Shown here: piece by piece, positions 49,294 through 56,770 of the stretch | How the letters are laid out: every line of letters begins with the position of its first letter | How positions within the stretch are numbered: the stretch's first letter is position 1 | Assembly: GCA_018400915.1 (NCBI GenBank) | Contig: JAGYLW010000001.1 | Location: 1-56,770, forward strand | DNA length: 56,770 bases | Reading direction: 5' to 3' | DNA from: Fidelibacterota bacterium | GTDB lineage: Bacteria; Fidelibacterota; Fidelibacteria; Fidelibacterales; Fidelibacteraceae | The notes under the pieces: model-generated | Databases searched by the model: none | Seen by the model: the letters and a program-made list of their open reading frames with translations, nothing else | What the model was told of the DNA's origin: nothing | Position numbers and translations under genes: made by a program

Positions 49294-49360
49294 AAGAGGG
49301 GGACGAAAAACTTTATTCTGATTTACGAATGATCGGTTGGGTGTGACCAAAGTCACATGC
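49253..49360 (-). ncRNA. candidate small RNA (orphan promoter-to-terminator unit, about 108 nt)
   Basis: Bounded by a near-consensus promoter (49395-49367) and the terminator at 49293-49253. The only ATG is followed immediately by TGA. Contains hairpin ATGTGAC-TTTG-GTCACAC and a C/U-rich stretch TCCCCCTCTT. Confidence 0.3.
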
Positions 49361-49366
49361 AGGAAG

Positions 49367-49395
49367 ATAATAACGTAAAAATGTCCCAATGTCAA
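49367..49395 (-). promoter_or_regulatory. near-consensus sigma70-type promoter (minus strand)
   Basis: TTGACA (49395-49390), exactly 17 nt of spacer, then TATTAT (49372-49367). Confidence 0.45.
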
Positions 49396-49521
49396 ACAAA
49401 AAAAGATTTTTCGTAAGGATATAGTACACGCACCGCAGACCCGGGAGCACATTCCCCGGTGATTTGTGTCGCAGAACGGGCAGGGTATGAGCTCGCTCTG
49501 CGAAGCTTTGGCGCAGTGAAG

Positions 49522-49612
49522 CGGAAAGACCGGGATTCGAACCCGGGGTGCCGCGATTAACAGCACACACGATTTCCAATCGTGCACCTTCAGCCAGCTC
49601 GGTCATCTTTCC
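49522..49612 (-). tRNA. tRNA-Ser (anticodon GGA)
   Basis: Minus-strand sequence GGAAAGA-TG-ACCGAGCTGGCTGAAGGT-G-CACGA-TTGGAAA-TCGTG-long variable arm-CCGGG-TTCGAAT-CCCGG-TCTTTCC-G. It has a 7-bp acceptor stem, a canonical T-loop, and a long extra arm typical of class II tRNAs. CCA is not encoded. Confidence 0.9.
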
Positions 49613-49625
49613 GAAAAAGCGGAAT

Positions 49626-49654
49626 AAATTAGCGGTTGCAAAGTATAAAGTCAA
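49626..49654 (-). promoter_or_regulatory. candidate promoter for tRNA-Ser
   Basis: Minus strand TTGACT (49654-49649), a 17-nt spacer, then TAATTT (49631-49626), ending 13 nt before the mature tRNA 5' end. Confidence 0.45.
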
Positions 49655-49961
49655 TGAAACAAATAAAAAAGAATCAGGTTTTTATGGGCTTTTGAAACAA
49701 TATTGAATATATTAGGCCGTTCCGGAACAAAACCTTATATGAAAGTAAAGGCAGAAATACATAATATATTTGGCATAGCGGTCCTTGCGGGCATCACCCC
49801 GGCGGTTTTTCCCGGTGCGGCAGACGTGTGCAGGAGCACCCCGGTCGCTATTGCCGTGTTTTCCGTTCCTTTCACATCTCTTTTTCCGCTTCCTGCGGGC
49901 GGCGGGCCGAAACGTACGGAAAAAATTCTCACCGGGAACAGACAGGGCCAAAGAACACAGG

Positions 49962-52436
49962 ATGAATGATATCAGCAAAATACTTCCCCGCCTTCTGATG
50001 CGGGTTGAAAAACCGGCAAGATATATCGGGAACGAATTGAACACCAAAGGAGGATCTCCGGAAGAGGCCTCCTGCAGTGTCTGCCTTTTCTATCCGGACC
50101 TGTATGAGGTCGGCATGCCGTTTATCGGCTTCCAGATCCTCTATCATATCATTAATAAGCATCCGGATCTTGCGGCGGACCGCTGTTTCTCCCCCTGGCC
50201 CGACATGGAGGCGCTTCTCCGGGAATACCGCATTCCCCTGTACGGGCTGGAGAGTAAAAGGCCGCTGAAGGCATTTGACATCGTCGGATTTACCCTGCAG
50301 TACGAGATGACCTATACGAATATTCTCAATGCGCTAGACCTTTCGGGGATCCCCCTGCATGCGGCGGAGCGGAACGGGGACGATCCCCTGATCTTCGCCG
50401 GGGGAAGCTGCGCCTTCAACCCAGAGCCCCTGGCGGATTTCATTGACGTTTTCGTGATCGGGGATGCGGAAGAGATCTTTCCGCAGCTTTGCGGGATCGT
50501 CCGGGAGTGCAGGTCCCGGCAATGTTCCCGGGAGGCCATGCTTGCGGAACTGAACCTTCCGTCCCGCGGGGTTTATGTGCCTTCGGTGTACCGGGAAGAA
50601 ACGGACGGGCCGGTGCGGGCGGCGAAAGTCCCCGAACTGAAAGCGGAATACTATCCGGCCAGGCCGGTCATTCCCCTGATCGAGACCACGCAGGACCGTT
50701 TTGCGCTAGAGATCCAGCGGGGCTGCGGCGCCGGCTGCCGGTTTTGCCATGCCGGAATGATCTACCGCCCGGTGCGGGAGCGGGACCCCGGGGAACTTGC
50801 CCGGCAGGCGAAGGAGACCCTGCGGCATACCGGATACGGGGAAATGTCGCTGCTGAGCCTTTCAACATCGGATTACAGCGCCCTGGAACCCCTGATCGGC
50901 AGCATTTTGCCCTACTGCAAAGCGCACCGGGTCGCTCTGTCCTTCCCCTCGATGCGCCTGGACTCCTTTAACGCCCGTATTCTGGATGCCGCCGCGGGAC
51001 CGCGGAGGTCCGGGCTGACCTTTGCGCCGGAGGCCGGGACCCAGCGCCTGCGCGATATGATCAACAAGAACATCACGGAAGACGACATCTTTTCCTCGGT
51101 GCGCCTGGCGCTGGAGAAAGGATGGAAGACCCTCAAATTCTATTTCATGCTCGGTCTTCCGGGAGAGACCGACAAGGACCTCGGGGGCATTGCGGACCTT
51201 ATTCTCCGTATCCGCAAAATAGCGGGCGCGTACAAACACGTACAGATCAACGTAACCCTCTCCAGCTTCATTCCCAAAGCCCACACTCCCTTCCAGTGGG
51301 CGGCACATGTGCATCCCGGAGAAACGGAACGCCGCATCCGTTTTCTAAGGGACAGGCTGCATGTCCGCGGGGTGAAGGTCATGTACCGCGATCCCGGGTT
51401 CTCCGTCTACGAAGGAATGCTTTCACGCGGGGGCCGCGAAACGGGTAACGTCGTTTACCGCGCATGGCAGCATGGAGCACGTTTTGACGCATGGTCGGAG
51501 ATGTTCCGCCGGGACGCCTGGGACAGGGCGCTGGAGGAGAACGGACTTTCCATTGAAGCGATTATCAGGGAGCGCTCGCCGGAACAATCCCTGCCCTGGG
51601 ATTTTATTCACACCGGCATCGACAAGGCGTTCCTGCTGGAGGAAAAACACAAAGCGGAAAAAGCGGAACGCACAGAGGACTGCAGGGCAAACTGCACCCG
51701 CTGCGGCCTCTGCGGGCCGGAGATTAACATGCGCTTTGCAAAAAAAGAGGAAGCACCGGCGGATCTTCAGGAAATACCGGAGGAAACGGAACCCGAACCG
51801 CCGCAATCCTACTATACGCTGCGTATCTTCTTTGAAAAGAGGGGAATGCTGCGTTATATTTCGCATCATGACCTGCAGCGCATCATGCAGCGGGTCTGCA
51901 ATATCCTGGACTGGCCCGTCCGCTATACCCGGGGTTTCCACCGCCGTCCGCGCATTTCGGCGGGCTATCCCGTTCCCATGGGCTATGAGGCCGGCTATGA
52001 GGCAATGGATATTCTGCTGAATGAGGAGGTTGAAGATCCGGCAGCGGCCCTGAACGGCGTTCTGCCCGAAGGCATGCACATCCATGAGGCCGGGATCCGT
52101 CCGGGCAAGCGTCCCTCGGTCATGGAGAGCACCACAGAGCTGCATTATGCTTTTCATTTTGACGAGGCACTCGATGCCGGCACACTGCGGGAAAGGCTGG
52201 AACGGGCATTTGCCGGAGAGCATTGCCGTGTCGAACGCAAAGCGAAGAAGGGCATGAAACAGGTTGACCTGAAAGCGCTGGTCAGAGACTGGAGTGTCGA
52301 AGCAACCATGATGGAAGTATGCTATAAAGTAGAAAACGGGAAGACCGGAAGGCCCGATGAATTTCTAAGACTGGCATTTGATGAAAATATCCCCTATTTT
52401 AACGGGGAAAGAAAACGTATTACGATAAAGGATTGA
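49962..52436 (+). CDS. fused radical SAM protein (B12-binding-like/radical SAM N-terminal part plus DUF2344-like C-terminal part)
   Basis: VEKPARYIGNELN, FYPDLYEVGMPFIGFQILY and the radical SAM cluster motif RGCGAGCRFCHAG. The C-terminal about 200 aa (YYTLRIFFEKRGMLRYISHHDLQRIMQR..) looks like the radical-SAM-linked DUF2344 family. ATG 49962 is preferred over the track start 49785. Confidence 0.75.
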   Translation: MNDISKILPRLLMRVEKPARYIGNELNTKGGSPEEASCSVCLFYPDLYEVGMPFIGFQILYHIINKHPDLAADRCFSPWPDMEALLREYRIPLYGLESKRPLKAFDIVGFTLQYEMTYTNILNALDLSGIPLHAAERNGDDPLIFAGGSCAFNPEPLADFIDVFVIGDAEEIFPQLCGIVRECRSRQCSREAMLAELNLPSRGVYVPSVYREETDGPVRAAKVPELKAEYYPARPVIPLIETTQDRFALEIQRGCGAGCRFCHAGMIYRPVRERDPGELARQAKETLRHTGYGEMSLLSLSTSDYSALEPLIGSILPYCKAHRVALSFPSMRLDSFNARILDAAAGPRRSGLTFAPEAGTQRLRDMINKNITEDDIFSSVRLALEKGWKTLKFYFMLGLPGETDKDLGGIADLILRIRKIAGAYKHVQINVTLSSFIPKAHTPFQWAAHVHPGETERRIRFLRDRLHVRGVKVMYRDPGFSVYEGMLSRGGRETGNVVYRAWQHGARFDAWSEMFRRDAWDRALEENGLSIEAIIRERSPEQSLPWDFIHTGIDKAFLLEEKHKAEKAERTEDCRANCTRCGLCGPEINMRFAKKEEAPADLQEIPEETEPEPPQSYYTLRIFFEKRGMLRYISHHDLQRIMQRVCNILDWPVRYTRGFHRRPRISAGYPVPMGYEAGYEAMDILLNEEVEDPAAALNGVLPEGMHIHEAGIRPGKRPSVMESTTELHYAFHFDEALDAGTLRERLERAFAGEHCRVERKAKKGMKQVDLKALVRDWSVEATMMEVCYKVENGKTGRPDEFLRLAFDENIPYFNGERKRITIKD

Positions 52437-52437
52437 T

Positions 52438-53920
52438 ATGAAAAGAAATATATATATCAGCGAAACGCCACTGGAATCGCGCATCGCGATCATGGAGAAC
52501 AAGAAGCTGGTGGAGTTTTACATTGAAACGCCGGAGGATATCTCTTCGGCGGGAAACATTTATTACGCAACGATCGAGAACGTGAAACCCGGCCTGCAGG
52601 CCGCCTTTATGGATATCGGCGGGAAACAGAACGGTTTCCTGGGCTTCTCGGAGATCAAGGAACTGATCAGTTATTCAAACGGAAAGTGGAAAGTGAAGAG
52701 CTTTTCGGGGTGAAGGACCTTCAGAAAGGTCAGCGCATCCTGGTCCAGGTCGTGAAGACAGCCTATGCCAACAAGGGCCCGCGCCTGACCACGGACATTG
52801 CCATCCCGGGCCGTTTTGCCGTCCTGACCCCCTTCCACGATATCATCGGCGTGTCGAAAAAGATCAGGAACCCCCAGCATCGCCGGAAACTGAAGGATAT
52901 CGCCGATCCTCACCAAGCCCGAGGGCTTGGACTGATCGTGCGCACCGTGGCGGACGGAAGCGGGAAAAGGAGATCAAGAACGATATTAACCAGCTTGGCA
53001 TCCTGGGATCAGATCGAGAATACGATCAAGGAAATAATCAGAAAGCCGTGGAGGTCTACCGTTCCGTAAACATGACATCCTCCGTGATCCGCGACATGTT
53101 CACAAAGGAAGTCGAATCGGTGATCGTGGACAATAAGCGCAAGTTCCGCACCATACAGAACTATGTCAAGGAAGTGGCGCCGGGAACTGGCGGAACGGGT
53201 CTTTTATCACAAGGAGGGCTCTGTTCGGTGCCTGGAATCACGGAAGAGACCGACAAACTTCTGCGCCGCAAGGTCTGGCTGAAAAGCGGGGGGCATCTGG
53301 TGATCGACCATACCGAGGCGATGTTCGTGATCGACGTCAACAGCGGCCGTTATATCGGGCGCAAGGATCAGGAAAAGAACATCCTGAAGGTCAATCTGGA
53401 AGCGGCGGTGGAGATCGCCCGGCAGCTGCGCCTGCGCGACATCAGCGGACTGATCGTCATTGATTTTATCGACATGCAGATCGCGGAGAACCGCAAGCAG
53501 CTTGTGCGCACCTTCAAGCAGGAACTGGCGAAAGACCGCGCTTCGGTAAGCGTCAGCGACCTTTCCCGCTACGGACTTCTTGAGATGACGCGTGAACGCA
53601 TCCGGGTCTCGGTCATGTTCTCCCTCAGCGACGAATGCCCCATGTGCCACGGTTACGGCCGCATTCCCAGCAAAGAAAGCATGATCACCAAGATCGACAG
53701 CTGGGTCCGGAATTTCCGCCAGCACACCCGCGAACGCCGGGTCGAATTGCACCTGCATCCCCTGCTTTACGATTTTATCCGCGACAACAAAAAGGTTTTG
53801 CGGAAGACACAGTTCCGCTACGGGATCAAATTCGACTTTATCAAGGATGACAGCCTCAGCGTCGGGAGCCTGCGCTTTATCAGCAAGCGGAACAAGCAGG
53901 ACGTGACGCACATGTATTAA
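52438..53920 (+). pseudogene. rng: Rne/Rng-family ribonuclease (RNase G-like) disrupted by frameshifts
   Basis: One protein is split over 52438-52713 (frame 1), 52686-53069 (frame 3) and 53048-53920 (frame 2). It has an S1 domain GNIYYATIENVKPGLQAAFMDIG, a core ILVQVVK..KGPRLTTDIAIPGRF, KVWLKSGGHLVIDHTEAMFVIDVNSG and LIVIDFIDM, and a Zn-link CPMCHGYG. Confidence 0.8.
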
Positions 53921-53951
53921 AACGGGTGCCCGGAAAAAACACGGAGAAAGC

Positions 53952-53978
53952 AAAAACGGGAGCACGCTCCCGTTTTTT
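53952..53978. terminator. bidirectional intrinsic terminator between rng and ppiD
   Basis: AAAAA-CGGGAG-CACG-CTCCCG-TTTTTT, a GC-rich stem flanked by A and T runs, between convergent genes. Confidence 0.85.
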
Positions 53979-54000
53979 GTATGGTAATGTTTTATGTTGT

Positions 54001-55815
54001 CTAGTTCAGGCCGAACTTTTCCCGGAAGTCGCGGATATCCGCATTTTCCTTTAAATGTTCCACCCATTCCTCATAGGCCCGGTTGCGTTTTTCTTCCAGC
54101 AGGGACCTCCGGATGGCATCGCGTTCCTGTGCGAACAGTTCTTCATCAATGCCGCTCCGGTGGGTAAGCCGGAGGAAAAGTGATCCGTATTGTCCCGCCC
54201 GGAAGGGAGGCGACAGGGTGTTCCGGGACATGTTGCGGACAACGTCCGCGAAGGCTGCTGAGGCACTGAAGGGATAAGGCAGTTCGTTCAGGGTGAATGA
54301 AAGTTCCTGATATTCCAGGTAGAGGCTGCGTTCTCCGGCTTCCGGAAGGGAGGCTTCGCCGCGGGAAACGGCATCGTAGGCTTCACGCACAAGCGCTTTG
54401 CTTTTTGCTTCCTTAAGTTCCAGGATCACGCCGTTTTCTACGGATGTACGGACTTCTTCCAGCGGAGTATAGGATGCCTCGATGATCTCATAAAGTTCTG
54501 CGACGGCATAGGCGTTTTCATTTTCATACACCGGACTCAGTTCTCCGGGTTTGCTGCGGTAGGTCCACTTTACAAGGTTCGGGAAATAACCGAGATCTCC
54601 CACATAGGGAAATTCTTTGGTAAAACCGCCTTTGAAGGTATCCAGTTCGGCATTCACATTCTCAAAGGCCTTTTCAAAGCCGTAGCTTTCCACATCAAGA
54701 AGAAAAGCCTCCGCCTCGCTGGCATAGTAATCATAGGTGTTGATCGGATCGAGACGCCGCACGATAAGGGAGATACGGAATTCCTCCGCTCCGCCCTGCC
54801 TGCGTTTGCCGGTTACCTTGATCAGATGATATTCATCGCCGATCAGGAGGGGGTCCAGGATCTCTCCGGCCCCGGCGGCGGTGACGGCTTCACGGTATTG
54901 CGGCCGCAATGCTTCTTTTGTGAACCAGCCGAGATCTCCGGTCATGTTCTCTTCCTGCACTTCAGAGAAGATCATTGCCAGTTCGTCAAAGGACTCCCCT
55001 TCCTCGTGCCGCAAAAGGATGTCCTCAAGATTACGCAGGACATCGGCGGTATCCTGTGACGAGGGCACCTTTTCCCAGGAGACCACACGGATATGGCGTT
55101 TTTCCGGCTGTTGATAACGGGTTTCCTTGTTCTTATCGTAATACTCCCGAAGATCCTCCTCGTAGACGGTGAAAATGGAATCGGGGATGCTGCGGACCGG
55201 AGCGCCGACATAGTCCACGGTATAATTCATATTCTGTGCGGCGTATTCCCGCATGATCTCGTTCTCGTCCACGACGACGGAGCTCATCACCAGGTTGTTC
55301 AGCTTTTGGTAGGGAAGAACCTGATGCCGCAAATAGTTCTCGATCTGCAGCCATTCGCCGCCCTGCGGATTATAGAGGGCGTCAAGATATTTCTGTCTGT
55401 CAAATTCCCCGTCGGTGAGAAAGGCTTCCTGTTGTCTCAGGAATTCCGGGGGATTGTTCTCCAGGTGATAAAAAAGCTCTTCGTCGGAAACGGTGATGCC
55501 GAGACGGTCGATCTCCTGTTCCCAGAGCACCTGGCTGACCACGGTTTCCCAGGTCTGCTGAAGGACGGCTTCCGTGGTGCGGGCGTCAAGCTCCACCCCG
55601 GCTTCACGATACTGGTCCAGCGCCATGTTATAGGTTTCGTAGAATTCCTTGATCTTGATCTTTTCGCCGTTCACCATTCCGACAACATCCCGTCCTCCGG
55701 TAAAGGTGTCGATGCCCCCGGCACCCCAGTTGAAAACAATGGTTATAATAAACGCGGCAATGAGGATGATCAGAACGATCCCCATTTTCTCACGCATTTT
55801 ATTCATAATTCCCAT
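54001..55815 (-). CDS. ppiD: PpiD-like periplasmic chaperone / peptidylprolyl isomerase
   Basis: N-terminal anchor MNKMREKMGIVLIILIAAFIITIVF, a SurA-N-like region and one parvulin-like domain (IRVVSWE..GDLGWFTKEALRPQYREAV..DEYHLIKV). 604 aa. Confidence 0.8.
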   Translation of the reverse strand: MGIMNKMREKMGIVLIILIAAFIITIVFNWGAGGIDTFTGGRDVVGMVNGEKIKIKEFYETYNMALDQYREAGVELDARTTEAVLQQTWETVVSQVLWEQEIDRLGITVSDEELFYHLENNPPEFLRQQEAFLTDGEFDRQKYLDALYNPQGGEWLQIENYLRHQVLPYQKLNNLVMSSVVVDENEIMREYAAQNMNYTVDYVGAPVRSIPDSIFTVYEEDLREYYDKNKETRYQQPEKRHIRVVSWEKVPSSQDTADVLRNLEDILLRHEEGESFDELAMIFSEVQEENMTGDLGWFTKEALRPQYREAVTAAGAGEILDPLLIGDEYHLIKVTGKRRQGGAEEFRISLIVRRLDPINTYDYYASEAEAFLLDVESYGFEKAFENVNAELDTFKGGFTKEFPYVGDLGYFPNLVKWTYRSKPGELSPVYENENAYAVAELYEIIEASYTPLEEVRTSVENGVILELKEAKSKALVREAYDAVSRGEASLPEAGERSLYLEYQELSFTLNELPYPFSASAAFADVVRNMSRNTLSPPFRAGQYGSLFLRLTHRSGIDEELFAQERDAIRRSLLEEKRNRAYEEWVEHLKENADIRDFREKFGLN

Positions 55816-55849
55816 TTAGCGTTTCTCCTTTTTTCTGAATAAGCTAAGA

Positions 55850-55878
55850 AATATACAACAAGAAGGAGGGTTTGGCAA
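55850..55878 (-). promoter_or_regulatory. candidate promoter for ppiD
   Basis: Minus strand TTGCCA (55878-73), a 17-nt spacer, then TATATT (55855-50). AAGGAG RBS precedes ATG 55815. Confidence 0.35.
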
Positions 55879-55986
55879 GATAATATCGTATGTCCCGCAT
55901 CCCTGTAAGCACGGAGGGATGCGGTCTGCACTCATCACCGGGCAGATGCCTTTTTGCCGGTGCGGTCCTGAAAAAACGGACCCCAT

Positions 55987-56011
55987 AAAAAAACCCGGGA
56001 TCAACCCGGGT
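55987..56011 (-). terminator. intrinsic terminator after rubrerythrin
   Basis: ACCCGGG (56011-56005 on the minus strand), loop TTGAT, then CCCGGGT, followed by TTTTTTT, 26 nt after the rbr stop. T-rich on both sides. Confidence 0.8.
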
Positions 56012-56036
56012 CTTTTTATCGGTCAGCAGATCAGTA

Positions 56037-56621
56037 TCAATAGTTCTCGGCCCACAGTTCGAAGTGTTTCTGCGGATGTGCGCAGACAGGACAAACTTCC
56101 GGAGCTTCGATATCTTCAACGATATGTCCGCAGTTGCGGCATTTCCAGAAGACCTTCTTGTCTTTTTTGAAGACCTTGTGCTCTTTGACGTTTTTCAGCA
56201 GTTTGCGGTAGCGTTCTTCATGACGCACTTCCACTTCGGCAACCCCGCGGAAGACCGCGGCGATCTCCGGGAAACCTTCTTCTTCCGCCGTTTCAGCAAA
56301 GGAGGGATATAACTCACCCCATTCCTCGTGCTCACCGTCGGCGGCATATTCCAGATTCTTGAGCGTGTCCGCGAGGCCGACGGGATAATCGGCGTCAACA
56401 TGCACCGCAGAACCGTCCATGCCGTTGGCGAGGAGCTGTTTGAGGAATAATTTGGCGTGTTCCTTTTCATTGTCGGCGGTTTCCTGAAAGATTGCCTCGA
56501 TCTGCAGGAAGCCGTCCTTTTTGGCCGCGGAAGCATAATAGGAATACCGCATGCGCGCCTGGCTTTCGCCGGCAAATGCCTTCATCAGGTTTCCCGCTGT
56601 CTTTGTGTCTTTAAATTCCAT
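56037..56621 (-). CDS. rbr: rubrerythrin
   Basis: Diiron four-helix motifs ([25 protein letters not shown]) plus a C-terminal rubredoxin-like CRNCGH..CPVCAHP. 194 aa. Confidence 0.92.
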   Translation of the reverse strand: MEFKDTKTAGNLMKAFAGESQARMRYSYYASAAKKDGFLQIEAIFQETADNEKEHAKLFLKQLLANGMDGSAVHVDADYPVGLADTLKNLEYAADGEHEEWGELYPSFAETAEEEGFPEIAAVFRGVAEVEVRHEERYRKLLKNVKEHKVFKKDKKVFWKCRNCGHIVEDIEAPEVCPVCAHPQKHFELWAENY

Positions 56622-56636
56622 GTGCGCTCCTTCCCT

Positions 56637-56770
56637 TTAGGATTCCCACAAACCGTGGATGTTGCACCATTCGCGTGCCTTGACAATATCTTCCTTTTTG
56701 ACCGGGAACTCCGCCTGCGGATCATCGCCGGGATTGAGCTCCGCTTTCAGGATCTTGTCTTTTGTGTGGA
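56637..56770 (-). CDS. superoxide reductase / desulfoferrodoxin, C-terminal fragment (5' end outside window)
   Basis: The minus-strand translation ends ..PVKKEDIVKAREWCNIHGLWES*, carrying the CNIHGLWE iron-ligand motif of SOR/neelaredoxin. Stop at 56637-56639, 15 nt upstream of the rbr start. Confidence 0.7.
   Translation of the reverse strand, partial: HTKDKILKAELNPGDDPQAEFPVKKEDIVKAREWCNIHGLWES

Noticed and set aside
49288-49654. Track ORFs 49288-49587 and 49313-49654 on the minus strand.
   Set aside because: They run straight through the tRNA-Ser gene and its promoter and trailer, and they have no RBS or protein-like composition.
49242-49700. A possible integration hotspot or mobile element at tRNA-Ser, or an SRP/tmRNA/RNase P gene in its flanks.
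   Set aside because: There is no integrase, no direct repeat of the tRNA 3' end, and no foreign-looking genes on either side. None of the signature motifs of those RNAs (the GGAA-tetraloop SRP core, the tmRNA tag region, the RNase P GAGGAAAGTCC) is present.
49770-49961. A possible cobalamin riboswitch ahead of the B12-binding-domain radical SAM gene.
   Set aside because: I could not find the B12-box-type core or the GGTG..AATCC-type conserved segments. Only generic GC-rich stems are present. It is retained only as a low-interest long-leader observation.
1-56770. CRISPR arrays, transposases/IS elements, prophage genes, toxin-antitoxin pairs and known defence systems.
   Set aside because: I read all intergenic gaps and all ORFs of at least 60 aa. 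I saw no spaced direct repeats, no recombinase, RT or nuclease signatures, and no compositionally foreign block.

Overview
The window is mostly core chromosome from a moderately GC-rich, probably anaerobic Gram-negative bacterium. Two secreted proteins end in T9SS/FlgD-Ig-type C-terminal sorting domains, which suggests an FCB-superphylum-like lineage. A rubrerythrin gene next to a superoxide reductase gene suggests an anaerobic lifestyle. Gene content looks origin-proximal: mnmE-mnmG, dnaN-recF, and a DnaA-box cluster with an AT-rich tract directly upstream of dnaN. Other housekeeping genes are alaS, birA, nrnA-ispH-pdxS-pdxT, dapF, mfd, cdsA, glgA, argF, an exbB-exbD-exbD-tonB module, an S41 protease, one tRNA-Ser(GGA), and five periplasmic parvulin/SurA/PpiD-type chaperone genes. 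I found no CRISPR array, integrase, transposase or recognisable defence island. Six items merit a second look. (1) A tight four-gene operon encodes a GlmL/MutL-like actin-fold ATPase, an uncharacterised partner, an exported transglutaminase-like protein and a parvulin lipoprotein. (2) A fused radical-SAM protein sits 1 nt upstream of an RNase G/E-family gene that is broken by many homopolymer indels confined to about 560 bp. (3) An identical 16-nt element containing a perfect 14-bp palindrome occurs twice around the dapF/mfd divergent promoters. (4) A receiver-domain/PEP-pyruvate-binding-domain protein is coupled to dapF. (5) An ORF-free promoter-to-terminator unit (candidate sRNA) lies next to tRNA-Ser. 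(6) The dnaN-proximal candidate oriC has no adjacent dnaA. Every family call rests on motifs read from the translations; no searches were run.
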